This document shows, piece after piece, positions 23,895-36,850 of a stretch of DNA of 62,695 nt. How positions within the stretch are numbered: the first letter of the stretch is position 1; each line of letters opens with the position of its first letter. The translations under genes and the position numbers were made by a program. This DNA comes from Chiloscyllium plagiosum. Its lineage: Eukaryota. The notes beneath the pieces were generated by a model, which saw nothing but the letters and a program-made list of their open reading frames with translations, ran no database searches and had not been told where the DNA came from. The DNA lies in NCBI RefSeq assembly GCF_004010195.1, contig NC_057719.1, forward strand, positions 32,239,028-32,301,722, written 5' to 3'.

Positions 23895-24202
23895 GTGAGT
23901 GAGCTTTGGAGCTACTGGTGAAGCAAGTCAGAGGAGAAGACCATCCCTCGGTCAGCTGATAGCAAGAAGATAACGTCATAAGCTTTGTGGTAACAGAAGC
24001 TAGATCAGCCCAATGATACAAGAGCCAAGCAGCTTTGCTTCATCTTCCATTACCCGTTGTGTTAGCAGTGTCCTCCTTTTCACTTCCTGCTTCCCAATAT
24101 TCTCCTTTTAAATACTATATTCTACATACAACATCACAAGCTACAGATCACACTGCACCTTCTCCTCCCCACTTGGAAAGTCTGCATCTGCTTATGTTCG
24201 CA

Positions 24203-26490
24203 GAATCACAGAGATGTACAGCATGGAAACAACCCTGTCAGTCCAACTCGTCCATGCTGACCAGATATCTGCAATTAATCTAGAACTATTTGCCAGCATT
24301 CAGCCCATATCCCCTAAATGCTTCCTATTCATATATCCATCCAAATGCCTTTTAAATGTTGTAATTGTACCAGCCTCCACCACTTCTTCTGGCAGCTCAT
24401 TTCCTACATACACCACTCTCAGCATGAAAATGCTGCCTCTTTGGTCCCTTTTAAATCTCTCCCTTCTCACCTTAAACCCAAGCACTGTAGTTTTGACTCT
24501 GCCCATCTTGGGGAAAAGACCTTCACTATTCACCACATCTATGCCTAAATGATATTATTAACCTCTATAAAGTCACTCCTCAGCCTCTGACGCTCCAGGT
24601 AAAACAGCCCCAGCCTATTCAGCCTCTTTCTATTGCTCAAACTCTCCAATCTTGGCAACATTCTTGTAAATGGGCGGCACGGTGGCACAGTGGTTAGCAC
24701 TGCTGCCTCACAGCGCCAGAGACCTGGGTTCAATTCCCGCCTCAGGCGACTGACTGTGTGGAGTTTGCACGTTCTCCCCGTGTCTGCGTGGGTTTCCTCC
24801 GGGTGCTCCGGTTTCCTCCCACAGTCCAAAGATGTGCAGGTACGGTGAATTGGCCATGCTAAATTGCCCGTAGTGTTAGGTAAGGGGTAAATGTAGGGGA
24901 ATGGGTGGGTTGCGCTTCGGCGGATCGGTATGGACTTGTTGGGCCGAAGGGCCTGTTTCCACACTGTAATGTAATCTAATCTAATCTAATCTAAATCTTT
25001 TCCTATAGGAGGGAGACCAGAATTGTACGCAATACTCCAAAAGTGGCCGAACATGACCTCCTAACTCCTACACTCGATGGTCTGACCAAATAAAGGTAAG
25101 TATACCAAACGCCTTCTTCACTATCCTATCTAACTGCAACTCCACTTTCAAGGACCTATGAATCTGCACTCCAAGGTCTCTTTGTTCAGCAACACTCCCT
25201 AGGACCTTACCATTAAGTGTATAAGTCCTGCCCTGATTTACTTTTCCAAAATGCGGCACCTCACATTTCTGTAAACTAAACTCCATCTGCCACTCCTCAG
25301 CCTATTGGCCCATCTGATCAAGATCCCATTGTACTCTGTCAATGGCAACCTCAAATGTTGATATCATCTGCCAACTTATTAATCATACTTCCTATGTTCA
25401 CATCCAAATCATTTTTGTGAATCATTCCAAATCCAAATATAATTGATGAAAAGCAGTGGGCCCAGCACCGATCCTTGTGGCATACTACTGGTCACAGGCC
25501 TCCTGTCTTGAAAGCAACCCTCCACTCACACCCTCTGTCTTCTACCTTTGAGCCAGTTCTGTATCCAAATATCTAGTTCTCCCATATTCCATGTGATCTA
25601 ACCTTGCTAACCAATCTCCCATGAGGAACCTTGTCTTACTGAAGTCCATATAGATCATGTCCACTGCTCTGTCCTCATCAATCCTCTTTATTACTTTTTT
25701 AAAAAAAACTCAATCAATTTAGTAAGACATGATTTCTCATGTACAAAGCCATGTTGACTATCCCAAATCCGTCCTTGCCTTTTCAAAAATGCATGTAAAT
25801 CCTGGTTTTCAGAATTCCCTCCAACAACTTGCCCACCACCGATGTCAGGCTCCCTGGTCTATAGTTCCCTGGCTTTTCCTTACCACCTTTCTTAAATAGT
25901 GGCACCACGTTAGCCAACCTCCAGTCTTCCGGTACCTCAGCTGTGACTATCGATGATCCAAATATCTCAGCAAGGGGCCCTGTAATCACTTCCCTCGTTT
26001 CCCACAGACTTCTCAGGTACACCTGATCAGTTCCGAGGGATTCATTCATCTTTGCGCATTTTAAGACGTCCAGCACCACCACCTTTGTGATATTGACATT
26101 TTTCAAGTTGTCACTTTATTTCCCCCAATTGTTTATCTTGCATGTTCTTCTCCACAGTAAACACTGACACAAACACTTGTTTAGTATCTCCCCCATCTTC
26201 TGTGATTACACACGTAGACAGGCTTGCAGATTTATGAGGAGCCCTATTCTCTCCCTAATCACTCTTTTATCCTTACTGTATTTGTAAAAACCCTTTGGAT
26301 TCTCCTTAACCCTATCTGCCAAAGCTATCTCATGTCCCCTTCTTGCCCTCCTGATTTCCCTCTTAAGTGTACTTATACTGCCTTACACTCTTCTCGGGAT
26401 TTGCTTGATTCTTGCTGTGTATATGTGACATATGCTTCATTCTTTGTCTTGACCAGAAACTCAATTTTTCTCGTCATCCTGCGTTCCCTG
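24203..26490 (-). mobile_element. CR1 LINE (RT region to 3' end), decayed, interrupted by a SINE
   Basis: EVPEDWRLANVVPLFKKGGKEKPGNYRPGSLTSVVGKLLE; MEFSLQKCEVPHFGK; CR1 tail at 24203. Confidence 0.95.
24672..24992 (+). mobile_element. HE1-like V-SINE, full length, young
   Basis: gggcggcacggtggcacagtggttagc head, B box gggttcaattcc, V-domain, (TAATC)n tail; CpGs retained. Confidence 0.95.
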
Positions 26491-26502
26491 CATCATGTTA
26501 TG

Positions 26503-26680
26503 CTATGGTAGTGTAACAGTAATATCACTGGATTAACACTCTCAATGGGCTAATGTTGTGTGAACTTGGATTCATAATCTCACCTCAGCAGCTGATTGAA
26601 TTTAAATTCAATTAACAAGAATGGAATATAAAACTCATCTCAGCAACATGACCACAAACCTATCATTGATTGTTGTCGTG
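26503..26680 (+). mobile_element. Old tRNA-derived SINE 5' part (related to 62090-62360)
   Basis: gtaatatcactggattaa..ttggattcataatctcacc..tgaatttaaattcaat matches the reverse of 62090-62360. Confidence 0.55.
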
Positions 26681-29072
26681 TTCATGGTAAAACTCTTGTC
26701 TTTAGATAGCTTGACATCCAACAGTCTAGGTGGGAGAGGCAAAATGAAATCAACACAATTTGAGGAAGCTGTACATTATTAAATGCACAATGCTTGAACT
26801 GACAATTACTCATGCTCTTTATCATCTCAAAAACTTAAACAAAATCAATTCTGCATTGTCTCTTCCTCATTGTCAATATTACTAGTTTTTGTAGTCCTCA
26901 GTTACTTATCTGAATTGCTGTGATTTTATTTAAACAGAGAGGTGAAGATTTATTAAATTGGTCAGTACAGATGGGAAAAGGTTACCTTAGACCTACCAGC
27001 AGGGTAAGAATGAACATGGTGATAGTGCACACATTTTATTTAAGGGATGGAGTTGACACGTATACATCATTGGCAAAAGAAAACATGCAAATCTGTTGGA
27101 AATAATATAATTGTGTTTGGGGCAAAGGCAGAATAGCACTGAGGTTGCTGTGCTTAAATTATATTATTCTGTGCCATTTGGAAAATGATGCCCACACTAT
27201 TTGACTCCTGCAGAAATTATGCATATATTGCCTCTATTTGCATAATGTTCAGTCCTGTTCAGCAATTTCTATTCTCTCTGATCATTTGTTCACACTTAAT
27301 GCATCAGCGCTCTGACCTGTCAGCAATTACTCTCATTCACTTCAACAATTTCGAATGATGGCAATCCCACTTTAAGGTGGCACTTTCACCTGTGAGGCTT
27401 TATTGATCTAAGCAAGATTGAATACATGATAACTAACCACGGTGTGACAATATTCTTCATAATCACTTGAAATAAAAACACAGACTACTTAATTCAAATC
27501 GTGATGCAGAGACCTCCGCTTTCCATGCAGTTAGTTCAGCTTTCATTTCAATAACTCTTTCAGTTCTGTGTTTCCTTGCTGAACACTGAGCATGGCTGAT
27601 ATTTGCCCTCATTTTCTTTTGTAGGGGCAAGGAAGGATGGATACAAAACATTTCTCTTAATATTGAAAACAATCTTTATTTTCCTTTTCAGCATATAAAT
27701 TCCAAGAACTGATAAATAGTGAAAAAAAAGTTCCAGATTAACAAACAGTTTTAATTGTGTTCTTGTAAACAAATGTCTTAAGCAATCACGTGTATGATTT
27801 GAGAACCATTGTAGAAATCTGGTTAAAAGATTGCCAAATCAGGACCCTGAATAATCAACTGCATCAAGAAACAATAGGGTTTGTAAAAAGGCACTGCGAA
27901 AATAGCGCTCAATTTCAATCTTCATCTTGTTTGAATGAATCAAATTTGCAAAGACAGCTCGGAAGATAAATTCAGGACAAAACGTATTCATAGTAAAAGA
28001 TCCTCTGAACAACTGCACAATTAATACAATTAACTTTCGCATTCAGTTTGACAGTGAGTAATATGGATCTAAAACTTTCCGTCTTAAACTTCACATAATT
28101 ATAAAAGTTATGAAGCCAGGTTTGGCTAAGAGGATTGGAAAACACAAGGCTAAAAGATTAGACAATACAGAAGTATTGGCAGACATTTAAGGAGATAATT
28201 CATAACTATCAACACAGATTCTATTGAGAAAGGAATGGTTGCACCATCCACAGCTATCTAAGAGAGGGAAGATTCATATCAAATTGAAATAAAGGTTTTC
28301 AGTACTGTGAAGATTAGTGGAAGGCCAGATGATGGGAAACCTTAAGAAGTGAGTAAAATATGACAAAAACAGGAAGGATTAGGATAAGACCATATGAACT
28401 AGGAGCAGGAATAGGCCATCTGGCGCTTCGAGCTCACTCTGTCATTCAATAAGATCATGGCTGAGCTTTTTGTGGCCTCAGCTCCACTTACCTGCCCTTT
28501 CACCATAACCCCTTAATTCTTTAACTGTTCAAAAAATTACCTATCTTAGCTTTAAAAACATTCAATAAGGAAGCCTCAACTACTTCACTGGACAGGGGAT
28601 TCCATAGATTCACAACACTCTGGGTGAAGAAGTTCCTTCTCAATTCAGTCCTAAATCTGCTCCTCCTAATTTTAAGGCTATGCCCTCTTGTCCTAGTTTC
28701 ACCCGCCAGTGGAAACATCCTCTCTACATCTATCTGATCTATTCCCTTCATAATTTTGACTGTTCCTATACGATTCCCCTCATTCTTCGAAATTCCAATG
28801 AATATAATTCCAGTCTACTCAGTCTGTCCTCTTAAACCAACCCCCTCAAATCTGGAATCAACCCAGTGAATGTCCTCTGCACCAATTCTCGTATCAGTAT
28901 ATGCCTTCTCAAAACTGTACACAGTACTCCAGGTGTGGCCTCACCAGCACCCTATTAGGCTGCAACATAACCTCTCTGTTTTTAAACTCAATACCTTTAG
29001 TAATGAAGGAAAAACTTCCATTTGCCTTCCTAATTATCTGTTGCACATGCAGACCAACCTTCTGTGATTCAT

Positions 29073-29980
29073 TGTATTGAAGATGTGGGTGCATTGTACT
29101 TTAGAGAGTTAAAAGCTAGTAGAACTACCTGACAGCACCAAGTGTTTTAAATAAGATAGGATGTAACATGTGGCCCAGCAGCCAGGGTAGCTGGTTGCCT
29201 GGAGTCAAAAAACAAATTTGAATTAGGACAATCAAAAAAAAACTCCAAACAAGTTTGAATTGATAATATTGACAATATTAAAAGCCAATGACACAATCTA
29301 ATGTTTTGTGCCTATAAGACCGAGAAAAAATTGAATAGTTGGGAGAGAACTGCCGAAAGACCAATAGATGTAGGCTACTAGTCAGAACTGAAAATGTGTT
29401 GCTGGAAAGGCGCAGCAGGTCAGGCAGCATCCAGGGAACCGGAGAATCGACATTTCGGGCATAAGCCCTTCCTGAAGAAGGGTTTATGCCTGAAACGTCG
29501 ATTCTCCTGTTCCTTGGATGCTGCCTGACCTGCTGCGCTTTTCCAGCAACACATTTTCAGCTCTGATCTCCAGCATCTGCAGCCCTCACTTTCTCTACTA
29601 GTCAGAACTCTCTGAGAGGGACCTGTCTCGTGAAAGAGTTTGCACAGAGAAAAAAAAAATCATCATGGACTTGGAGAGCAAACCCACAAAGAGAAGATTC
29701 GATCGCTGGCTGGTTTTGAAATTTGAATTTTTTGGTAAATCTTAATCAGGTTTCTTATCGGACCAGTGTTATAGAAGGGAATGTAAAAGATAAGTTAGAG
29801 GAAGGAGTTCTAAATAGTTGTTAGTTAATTATTCTCTGTTATACTTTAAGAAATAAAGTTGTTAATTTTTACTCTAAATAGTTCTTGGCCTCCAAATTTT
29901 CACAGATTACTGCATGGGATAAATCGTTTCTGTGTTGCTGGTTTAAAATTAACAGAGGGGGTTTACCCCATGTCGTAATG
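29073..29980 (+). mobile_element. Solo LTR (Gypsy-like) with nested PLE
   Basis: Starts TGTA, ends tcgtaatg (degenerate ..taaca). 5-bp TSD ttcat at 29068-29072 and 29981-29985; AATAAA near 29852. Confidence 0.75.
29390..29594. mobile_element. PLE family A palindromic (inverted-arm) insertion
   Basis: Short minus arm plus long plus arm with HHR core CTGAAGA 29472-29478 and GAAACGTC 29492-29499. 15-bp TSD ctactagtcagaact at 29375-29389 and 29595-29609. Confidence 0.92.
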
Positions 29981-30720
29981 TTCATACACAACGTCACCCA
30001 GGTCCCTCTGAACAGCAGCATGTTGCAATTTTTTACCACTTAAATAATAGTCCTTTTTATTATTATTCCTACCAAAATGGATATGAGAGGAAATTGGCAG
30101 AAAGGTTTAAAAAAAAAGCAGAAATGGATGCAATTAGCATAGCATCTCACCGAGAAAATGCTGGACAGTAGCAATTAAGACATTTAGAAAATCAGCCAGA
30201 ATAAATATAGTTTGTGGAAGAGAAATCATGTTTGCCAATCTTATTAATATTCTTTGAGAATGTAATATAGAATCATAAAGAAAAAACAGTAAATGTGCAT
30301 TTGGATTTCTAAAAGACATTGGATGAAAAGCCACATAAACACTTTCTAAAAAAGATAGCTCATGATGCTGAGGGTGATATGTTAGAGTGGACAGAGAACA
30401 GGCTAATGAACAGAAAACCAATGATCAGCTTCTTCCATGCCCTTCCTGACATTTTGTGTTCAGGTGCTTTGCTAAGCAGCAAAGGCTTCCCATACACTGA
30501 CTCTGTTGGCAATTAAACGGAGGACTCTCTTGCTGATGTCTAATTGCATTGGAGAAGTGCAACACTTTGGTCTTATGCTGGTAGCAAGCTCACCATGAAG
30601 CAAGTCTTTGAGAATGCAGCCATCACCCATCGTGCTCACGTGACACAGACAATGAAATTGTGGCTGACCCGATAGAGTCATTATGTTGGGGATCCCTGTT
30701 TGCTGCTACACCTTCATATT

Positions 30721-32745
30721 TGGTTAGAGCCAAGAAAACTACAGATGCTGGAAACCAAAGTAGACAGGCAGGAGGCTGGAAGAGCACAGCAAGCCAAGCA
30801 ACATCAGGAGGTAGAGAAGTCAACATGTTGGGTGTAACCCTTCTTCAGGACTGGGGGTGGGTGTAGGAGGAGCTGCAGATAAAGAGGGTGGCGGGGGCAG
30901 GGTGGTGAAGTAGGGTTGGGGGAAGATAGGCAGAGGGCATGACCTGGTTGGTCAATGGAAGGAATTAATCCAGTAGGTGGTCAGGAGGAGTGGAAGGAAG
31001 GAGGTGGAGCTGCGAAGGGAGTCAGGGAAGGGAGGGAGGTTAGTTGAAACTGGACAACTCAATGTTCAGTCCTCCGGGCTATAGGCTGACCAAGCGGAAG
31101 ATGAGGTGTTGTTCCTCCAATGTGCGGTTGGGTTCATTGTGGCAATGGTGTAGGCCAAGGATGGTCGTGTCGGAAAGGGAGTGGGAAGGGGAATTAAAAA
31201 TAGGCGGTGACTGGGAGATCTGCTCGACCCCTACGGACCCGGCTGAGTTTATGTTTCATCTCCCTGATGTGGAGAATCAGGAACACTGGATACAATAAGC
31301 TAGATTGGAAGAGAGGCAGGGGAACCTCTGTCTCACCTGGAAGGACTGTCTGGGACCTGGGATGGCGGTGAGGGGGGTGGTGTACCAGCAAGTTTTGCAT
31401 CTTTTCCAGTTGCAAGGGAAGGTATCTGGGGATTTGGGGGAGTTGGCGGGGAGAGTGGTGCAAACCAAGGACAGTCGAAGGGAATGATCCTTGAGGAAGG
31501 CAGAGAGGAGTGGGGAGGGGAAGATGTTCTTGTTGGTGGGATCTAGTTGAAGTTGGCTGAAGTGTTTAAGGATGATGGGTTGTAGGTGAGGACAAGGGGA
31601 ACTCTGTCTTTATTGAGTTTGGGGGGAGGAGTTTAGAGCAGTGGAGCGGGGAATGGAGGTGGTGCTGTGGAGGGCTGTCTGGATGACAGAGGGAGAAAAA
31701 GCTCATTGTTCGAAATTGGTAGACATCTGGGATGGTTGGGAGTAGAATGTCTCCTCATCTGAGCAGACGTGGCAGAGGCAGAGAAATTGGGAAAATGCAA
31801 TGGAGTTCTTGCAGGATACTGGGTGGGAGGAGGTATAGTGCAGGTAGTTGTGAGAGTCTGTGGGTTTATAGTAACCATCCATCTGGAGACTGTCACCGGA
31901 GTTGGAAATGGAGAGGTCATGAAAGGGGAGGGAGGTGTCTGAGATGGACCAAGTGAATTTGAGGGCAGGGTGGAAATTGTGGGCGGAGTCAATGAACTGC
32001 TCCAGTTCAGTCTGGCTATGCCAATGCAGTCATTGATGTAACGGTGGAAGAGTTGGGGTACAGTACCTGTGTAGGTACTGAAGAGGGACTGTTTGATATA
32101 ACTGACAAAGAGGCAGGAGTGCCTGAGGCCCATCCGAGTGCCCATGGCCACCCCCTGGATTTGGAGGAAATGGGAGGAGTTAAAGGAAAATTTATTAATG
32201 GCGAGGACCAGTTTGGTGAGGCAGAGGAAGGTATTGGTGGGGGGAGTCTGGATGAGTCTATTGCAGAGGAAGAAGTGGAGGGCCTTGAGGCCATCCTTGT
32301 GGGTTATGGATGTGTTTAAGGATGTAGATCCATAGTGAAGAGAAAACGCTGGGGGCCAGGAACTACAAGTTAGTGAAGAGTTGGAGGGTGTGGTTGGTGT
32401 TGCAGATATAGGTGGGAAGTGCCTGAACCAAGGGGGAGAGGACTGAGTCAATGTAGGATAAGATGGGTTCGGAGGGGCAGGAGCATGCTGAGACGATGGG
32501 TCAGCTGGGGTAGATGGGCTTATGGATCTTGGGGAGCAGGTAGAACCGGGCAGTGCGGGGCTGCAGGATTGAGGCTGGAGACAGTGGAGGGGAGATAGCT
32601 GGAGGCAATGAGGGCATGGACAGTGTGAGTGATTTTGACATGATGGGTTTCAGTTGGGTCGTGGGCAAGCGAGAGGTAGGATGTGGTGTCGGAGAGTTGG
32701 CGTTTGGCCTCTGCGACATAGAGGTCCATTCTCCAGACTACCACC
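30721..32745 (-). mobile_element. Penelope-like element: RT, GIY-YIG and 3' terminal repeat; 5'-truncated and frameshifted
   Basis: GGVVVVWRMDLYVAEAKRQLSD; PRTARFYLLPKIHKP; FSFNSSHFLQIQGVAMGTRMG; FHRYINDCIG; TFPCNWKRCKTC..FQVRQRFPCLSSNLAYCIQCS. Degenerate HHR arm at 30735-30850; degenerate TSD (10/13) at 30708-30720 and 32746-32758. Confidence 0.95.
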
Positions 32746-32979
32746 ACGCCACCATATTCAGCACTCCGGTCCTGCCAGAAGATGCTCACAATTAATCTAA
32801 AGCAGAATTCATCTGAAGGAAGTGAAACCATTCATCTGTTTTTCTTGGCTTGTAGATGTTGTCCCTGATTCGCTGCAGTAAAGCAGATGCTGACAACACA
32901 AGCATAGACCATACTGAGCTCTGTATCTTCAGTTAGTTTGCTGTTTGTCCAAACTCATACCACAATGTGGACATGATGG

Positions 32980-33140
32980 TTAGATTAGATTAGATTAGAT
33001 TACTTACAGTGGAAACAGGCCCTTCAGCCCAACAAGTCCACACCGACCCGCCGAAGCGCACCCACCCATACCCATTCCCCTACATTTACCCCTGCATCTA
33101 ACACTACGGGCAATTTAGCGTGGCCAATTCGCCTAACCTG
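32980..33140 (-). mobile_element. HE1-like SINE 3' half
   Basis: (GATTA)n tail and body matching the reverse of 24845-24992; tggtt on both sides. Confidence 0.9.
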
Positions 33141-33354
33141 GTTGATGTGATGCTAATCCTGGTGCTGATTTCGAAGAAATTAAAAACTTCTGATCAAAGG
33201 TATATGATACTGTTGACAACCACTAGAATGGAGTTGTCAATGCTGAAGTAAGTTGGGCACTTTTTAACCTGACCCATAACTTTGGTCTTCCTGTTGCTGA
33301 TTGTCAATTCAACCACCCATATACACGAACTACAATTTCATTTCCCACCCCCGT

Positions 33355-33525
33355 GCTGAATTAATTTAAACCCACCCGAAGATCATTAGCAAATTTCCCC
33401 CCAAGGATATTGGTACCCCTCTGGTTTAGGTGACGACCATCCTGTTTATAGAGGTCCCAGCTACCCCAAAAAGAGCCCCAATTATGCAGGAATCAAAAAC
33501 CTTCTCTCCTGCACCATCCCTGCTT
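33355..33525 (-). mobile_element. CR1 ORF1 (SGNH esterase-like) C-terminal fragment
   Basis: Reverse translation GWCRREGF*FLHNWGSFWGSWDLYKQDGRHLNQRGTNILGGKFA. Confidence 0.75.
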
Positions 33526-33714
33526 CCCTGAATCCATTTGGGATTCCACGTATGGAAAATATCCTCTTCAGAGGCAAGCTGATTGAGCATTGGGACTCCA
33601 ATTCAATAGTAATAATAATCCATCGGGATCAGAAAGACTGTCACCTTGAATCCAAACAGATCAATGCTAAGACATTCTCATGACCTGGCTGGGAAAGAGG
33701 ATGGTAGAAAGGGT

Positions 33715-35000
33715 TGGAATCATACAATCATACAGTACAGAAAATGCACTTCAACCCATCAAATCTATACAGCCAGATATGTACTCCTAATTACACTAGC
33801 TCCACTTTACTGCACAATGCCCATAACGTTGAATGTTATAGCCTTGAAAGTCCAAGTACTTTTTACAGAGATTTCCTGCATCAACTACCCACATAGGCAG
33901 TGTCTTCCAGATTCCAAACACTCTTTGGATGAGAAAGGTTTTCCTCAAATCCACTCAAACCTTGTGCCTTTCACTTTGAAATTATGCACTTTTGTTATTG
34001 ATCCTTTTTTAAGGGGAAAGGTTGTTTTCTATTTGGCCTGTCTGTGCCCCTCTCAGACTCTCTGCTCTATAGAAATCAACTCTAGCCTACACCACCTCTT
34101 TTCAAAGCTGAAATGATCCATCCCAGGCAACATCCTGGTGAATCTAGTCTGCACCCCCTCCAGTGCAATCACATCATTCTTTTAGTGTGGTGATCAGACC
34201 TGCACATTCTACTCCAGCTGTAACCTAACCAGAGTTCAGTACTGCTCAGACATGACCTCCTGCTCATCTCATCTTTTCCATGATTGATAAGGGCAAGTGT
34301 CCCATATGCCTTCTTAATGATCTTATTAAACTGTCCTGCAACCTTCAGGGATCTGTGGACATGCATCCCATGGTCCCTCTGTTCTCATGAGCTTCCTAGT
34401 GTCTTGCCATTCATTGAGTACTGCCTTGTCTTGTTCCTTCTTCCAAAGTGTATCACCTTTCATTATTCAGGGTTAAATTCCATCTGCCACTGATTTGCCC
34501 ATCTGAATAATCATTTCATATCCTCCTATAAACTAGTACCTTACTCCTCACTGTGAAGCACCTAGCTAATCTTTGTGTCATCTACAAGCTATCATCTCTC
34601 CCACATTTTCCTCTATATCATTTGCAAATATCACAAACAATAAGGGACCCAACGCTGGAGTGCCACTGCACACCAGCATCTAATCACACAAACAACCTTC
34701 TAACAGCACCCTCTGTTTCCTACCACTCAGCCAGTTTTAGATACATCTTGCCAAGTTACCATGAATCCCATGTGCCTTTACCTTCATTCTCACGTGAAAT
34801 CTTGTCAAAGGCCTTGCTGAAACCCATGTAAATCACATCAATTGCACAATCCTCATCCAAACACTGGGTCATCACTTCAAAAGATTCCACTGGATTTTTA
34901 GGCATGATCTCCCTCTGATAAAGCCATGCTGACTATCCACAGTCAAATATTGTTTCTCTAAATGGAGATGAATATTTTCCTTCATTGTTTTCTCCAATGG
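33715..35000 (-). mobile_element. CR1 LINE RT/3' portion, decayed
   Basis: DSQHGFIRGRSCL; VHRSLKVAGQFNKIIKKAYGTLA. Confidence 0.85.
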
Positions 35001-35989
35001 TTTCGCAACCACTTTTTTGTTCTTTTTGCTCCTGGCCTTGAATAGTAGACAGGGCATAATTTGAGGTCATTTACTTGAACAAGCATGAGATACATGGTCA
35101 CTATCCAGATTGCTATGTCCTTGTCCAACACTTGGAAATACTCTGATGTCCTTAATTAGATTTTGTGTAGGATGTCCGATGGAGAGCTTGATGGAAAACA
35201 AACCTCCCATCATAATCCAAGAGGTGATCAATGATGTTGATGTGGTGATGTTGCCTAGGACAGGATCACTGGGGACGTACTCTGACAGCAAGGCAGTGTA
35301 TGTGAATTTGTCTATATTCTTCATCACGCAATCAAGCCTCTCCAAATTATTACAACTTTCTTCTTGTTGTTAGTAAATATCGACTGGTAACACTGTAAAG
35401 GCTTTAACTTCTTGGTCAGAATTCTAATCATTGACTGGGTAGTTGGTGGGTATCCTTGATAAAGTGTCAACAGAACCCTAATATTTTCCTTATGCATGTT
35501 CAGTAAATTCCCCAGTGACTGTCATCTGCTCCAGGTCCACCACGGTCTTGGCTGCCGTAATAACATGGTCCCAAATTGATATCGGAAGTTTTGAAAATTC
35601 ACACCTGTGATTACATGTTAACCTAGCATCTTGTATTATTTTCAAGATTCCTCATTCTCGTTCTTTACTGGGGCCATAGATTGGAATGTCATCCATATGG
35701 CATTCCATAACTTGTCGCACTTGGGTATGGTTCTTTGTAAACCTGATGATGTAGATGCGATTGCAAAAGGTAGTTACTTGAAACAATAATGTTCAAAAAG
35801 GGTGTTATGGAGATATTGAAAAGTTTAGATTAATCTAGTCGATGTTTCCATAATTTGCTTTTGGCATCCAGCGCAGTGAATACTCTGTGAGTTTAGCTAG
35901 ACTCTCATCTACAGCCAGCATCGAGTGTGTTTCACATTGTGTGCTCTGTCCAAGTTTGTTGAGTTGATGTAAATTTGAAGGGGATGTCC

Positions 35990-36360
35990 CACCTTTGCAC
36001 CACCCCATCCACCAGGATGTCATTCTTTCCTTCTCTGTCATGCCTGGGGCAAATGTCAGGAACAATGCAGGGCAGCTCTGGATTAGCAGTGCTTGTTAGG
36101 GGCTCAGTGGCTTTTTAAAAATGGTGCCTGCACCAAGGATGCTGGTCCATTCCCAGATATCCTAGCAATAGTGAGTTGCTCCAGGTACGTTTAATTGTTG
36201 AATATGTGAAGGTTGGATGAGAGAGGTGCTAAATGGTGGGGCAGGTAATGATTGAGGTGGGTTTGATAAGATACCATGAGATACTCACTAAGTCTCCTGG
36301 AGAAAAAGCCTTCATGAAACTTGACAAAATTGACAATCAAAAATACGTAAAATTCAGCCC
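35990..36360 (-). mobile_element. Harbinger-like DNA transposon left end with start of Myb/SANT ORF
   Basis: Terminus GGGCTGAATTTT (36360-36349, minus strand). Aligns by eye to 1129-1450; includes MTEKE and LVDGVVQR in shifted frames. Confidence 0.55.
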
Positions 36361-36850
36361 ATTATTTCTAGAATTTCACTTTTTTAAATTTAATCTTAAT
36401 GCCAACTGAGGCTGACCTTTAACTGTGAGCCTGATTTGCCCTGGATCTTGAAGTTTTGACAGATGAACGCTGCAGGGTAATTTTTGTACACTTAATCTTT
36501 TTTAAGCTTATAGGAAAGGGCCATAACTCCTTGCACCTGTGTCTAATTTAAAATTTGTATGATGTTAATTGACTTCAAAGTTAGTCCTCCAGTATTGTTT
36601 TTCATTTTTCATGATTTCCCCAGGGAAAGTAATCTCCTGTGTGGGACATGCTTTAAAAGACTTTTGTCTTGTGCTTTATAAACACAAGCTTTACACCTTA
36701 TAAACACAGGCTTACTTAAGCCATTTTAAAATGAGCATTCTGATTTTTTTTCATGGTTTGCGTGAGTATTCTTCCTGCCATTGTGAGGACCTTATAAGAC
36801 GTGAAAGTTGGATGAGAGGAGTGCTAAATAGTGGGGCAGGTAATGATTGA

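Larger units (their letters stand above)
28385..30080 (-). mobile_element. CR1 LINE 3' portion split by a solo LTR
   Basis: RGHSLKIRRSRFRTELRRNFFTQSVVNLWN; VLVRPHLEYCVQF; sequence resumes colinearly after 29985. Confidence 0.9.
30440..33300 (-). mobile_element. Old RTE-clade LINE fragments flanking a Penelope insertion
   Basis: HCLCHVSTMGDGCILKDLLHGELA resembles the RTE motif RWLGHVxRMxDGRIPKxLLYGEL. Decayed similar sequence resumes after 32760. Confidence 0.6.

Noticed and set aside
31633..32451. 272-aa ORF as an active reverse transcriptase
   Set aside because: Only the central part is in the RT frame, the catalytic motif is mutated (YIND), and the copy is frameshifted and 5'-truncated.
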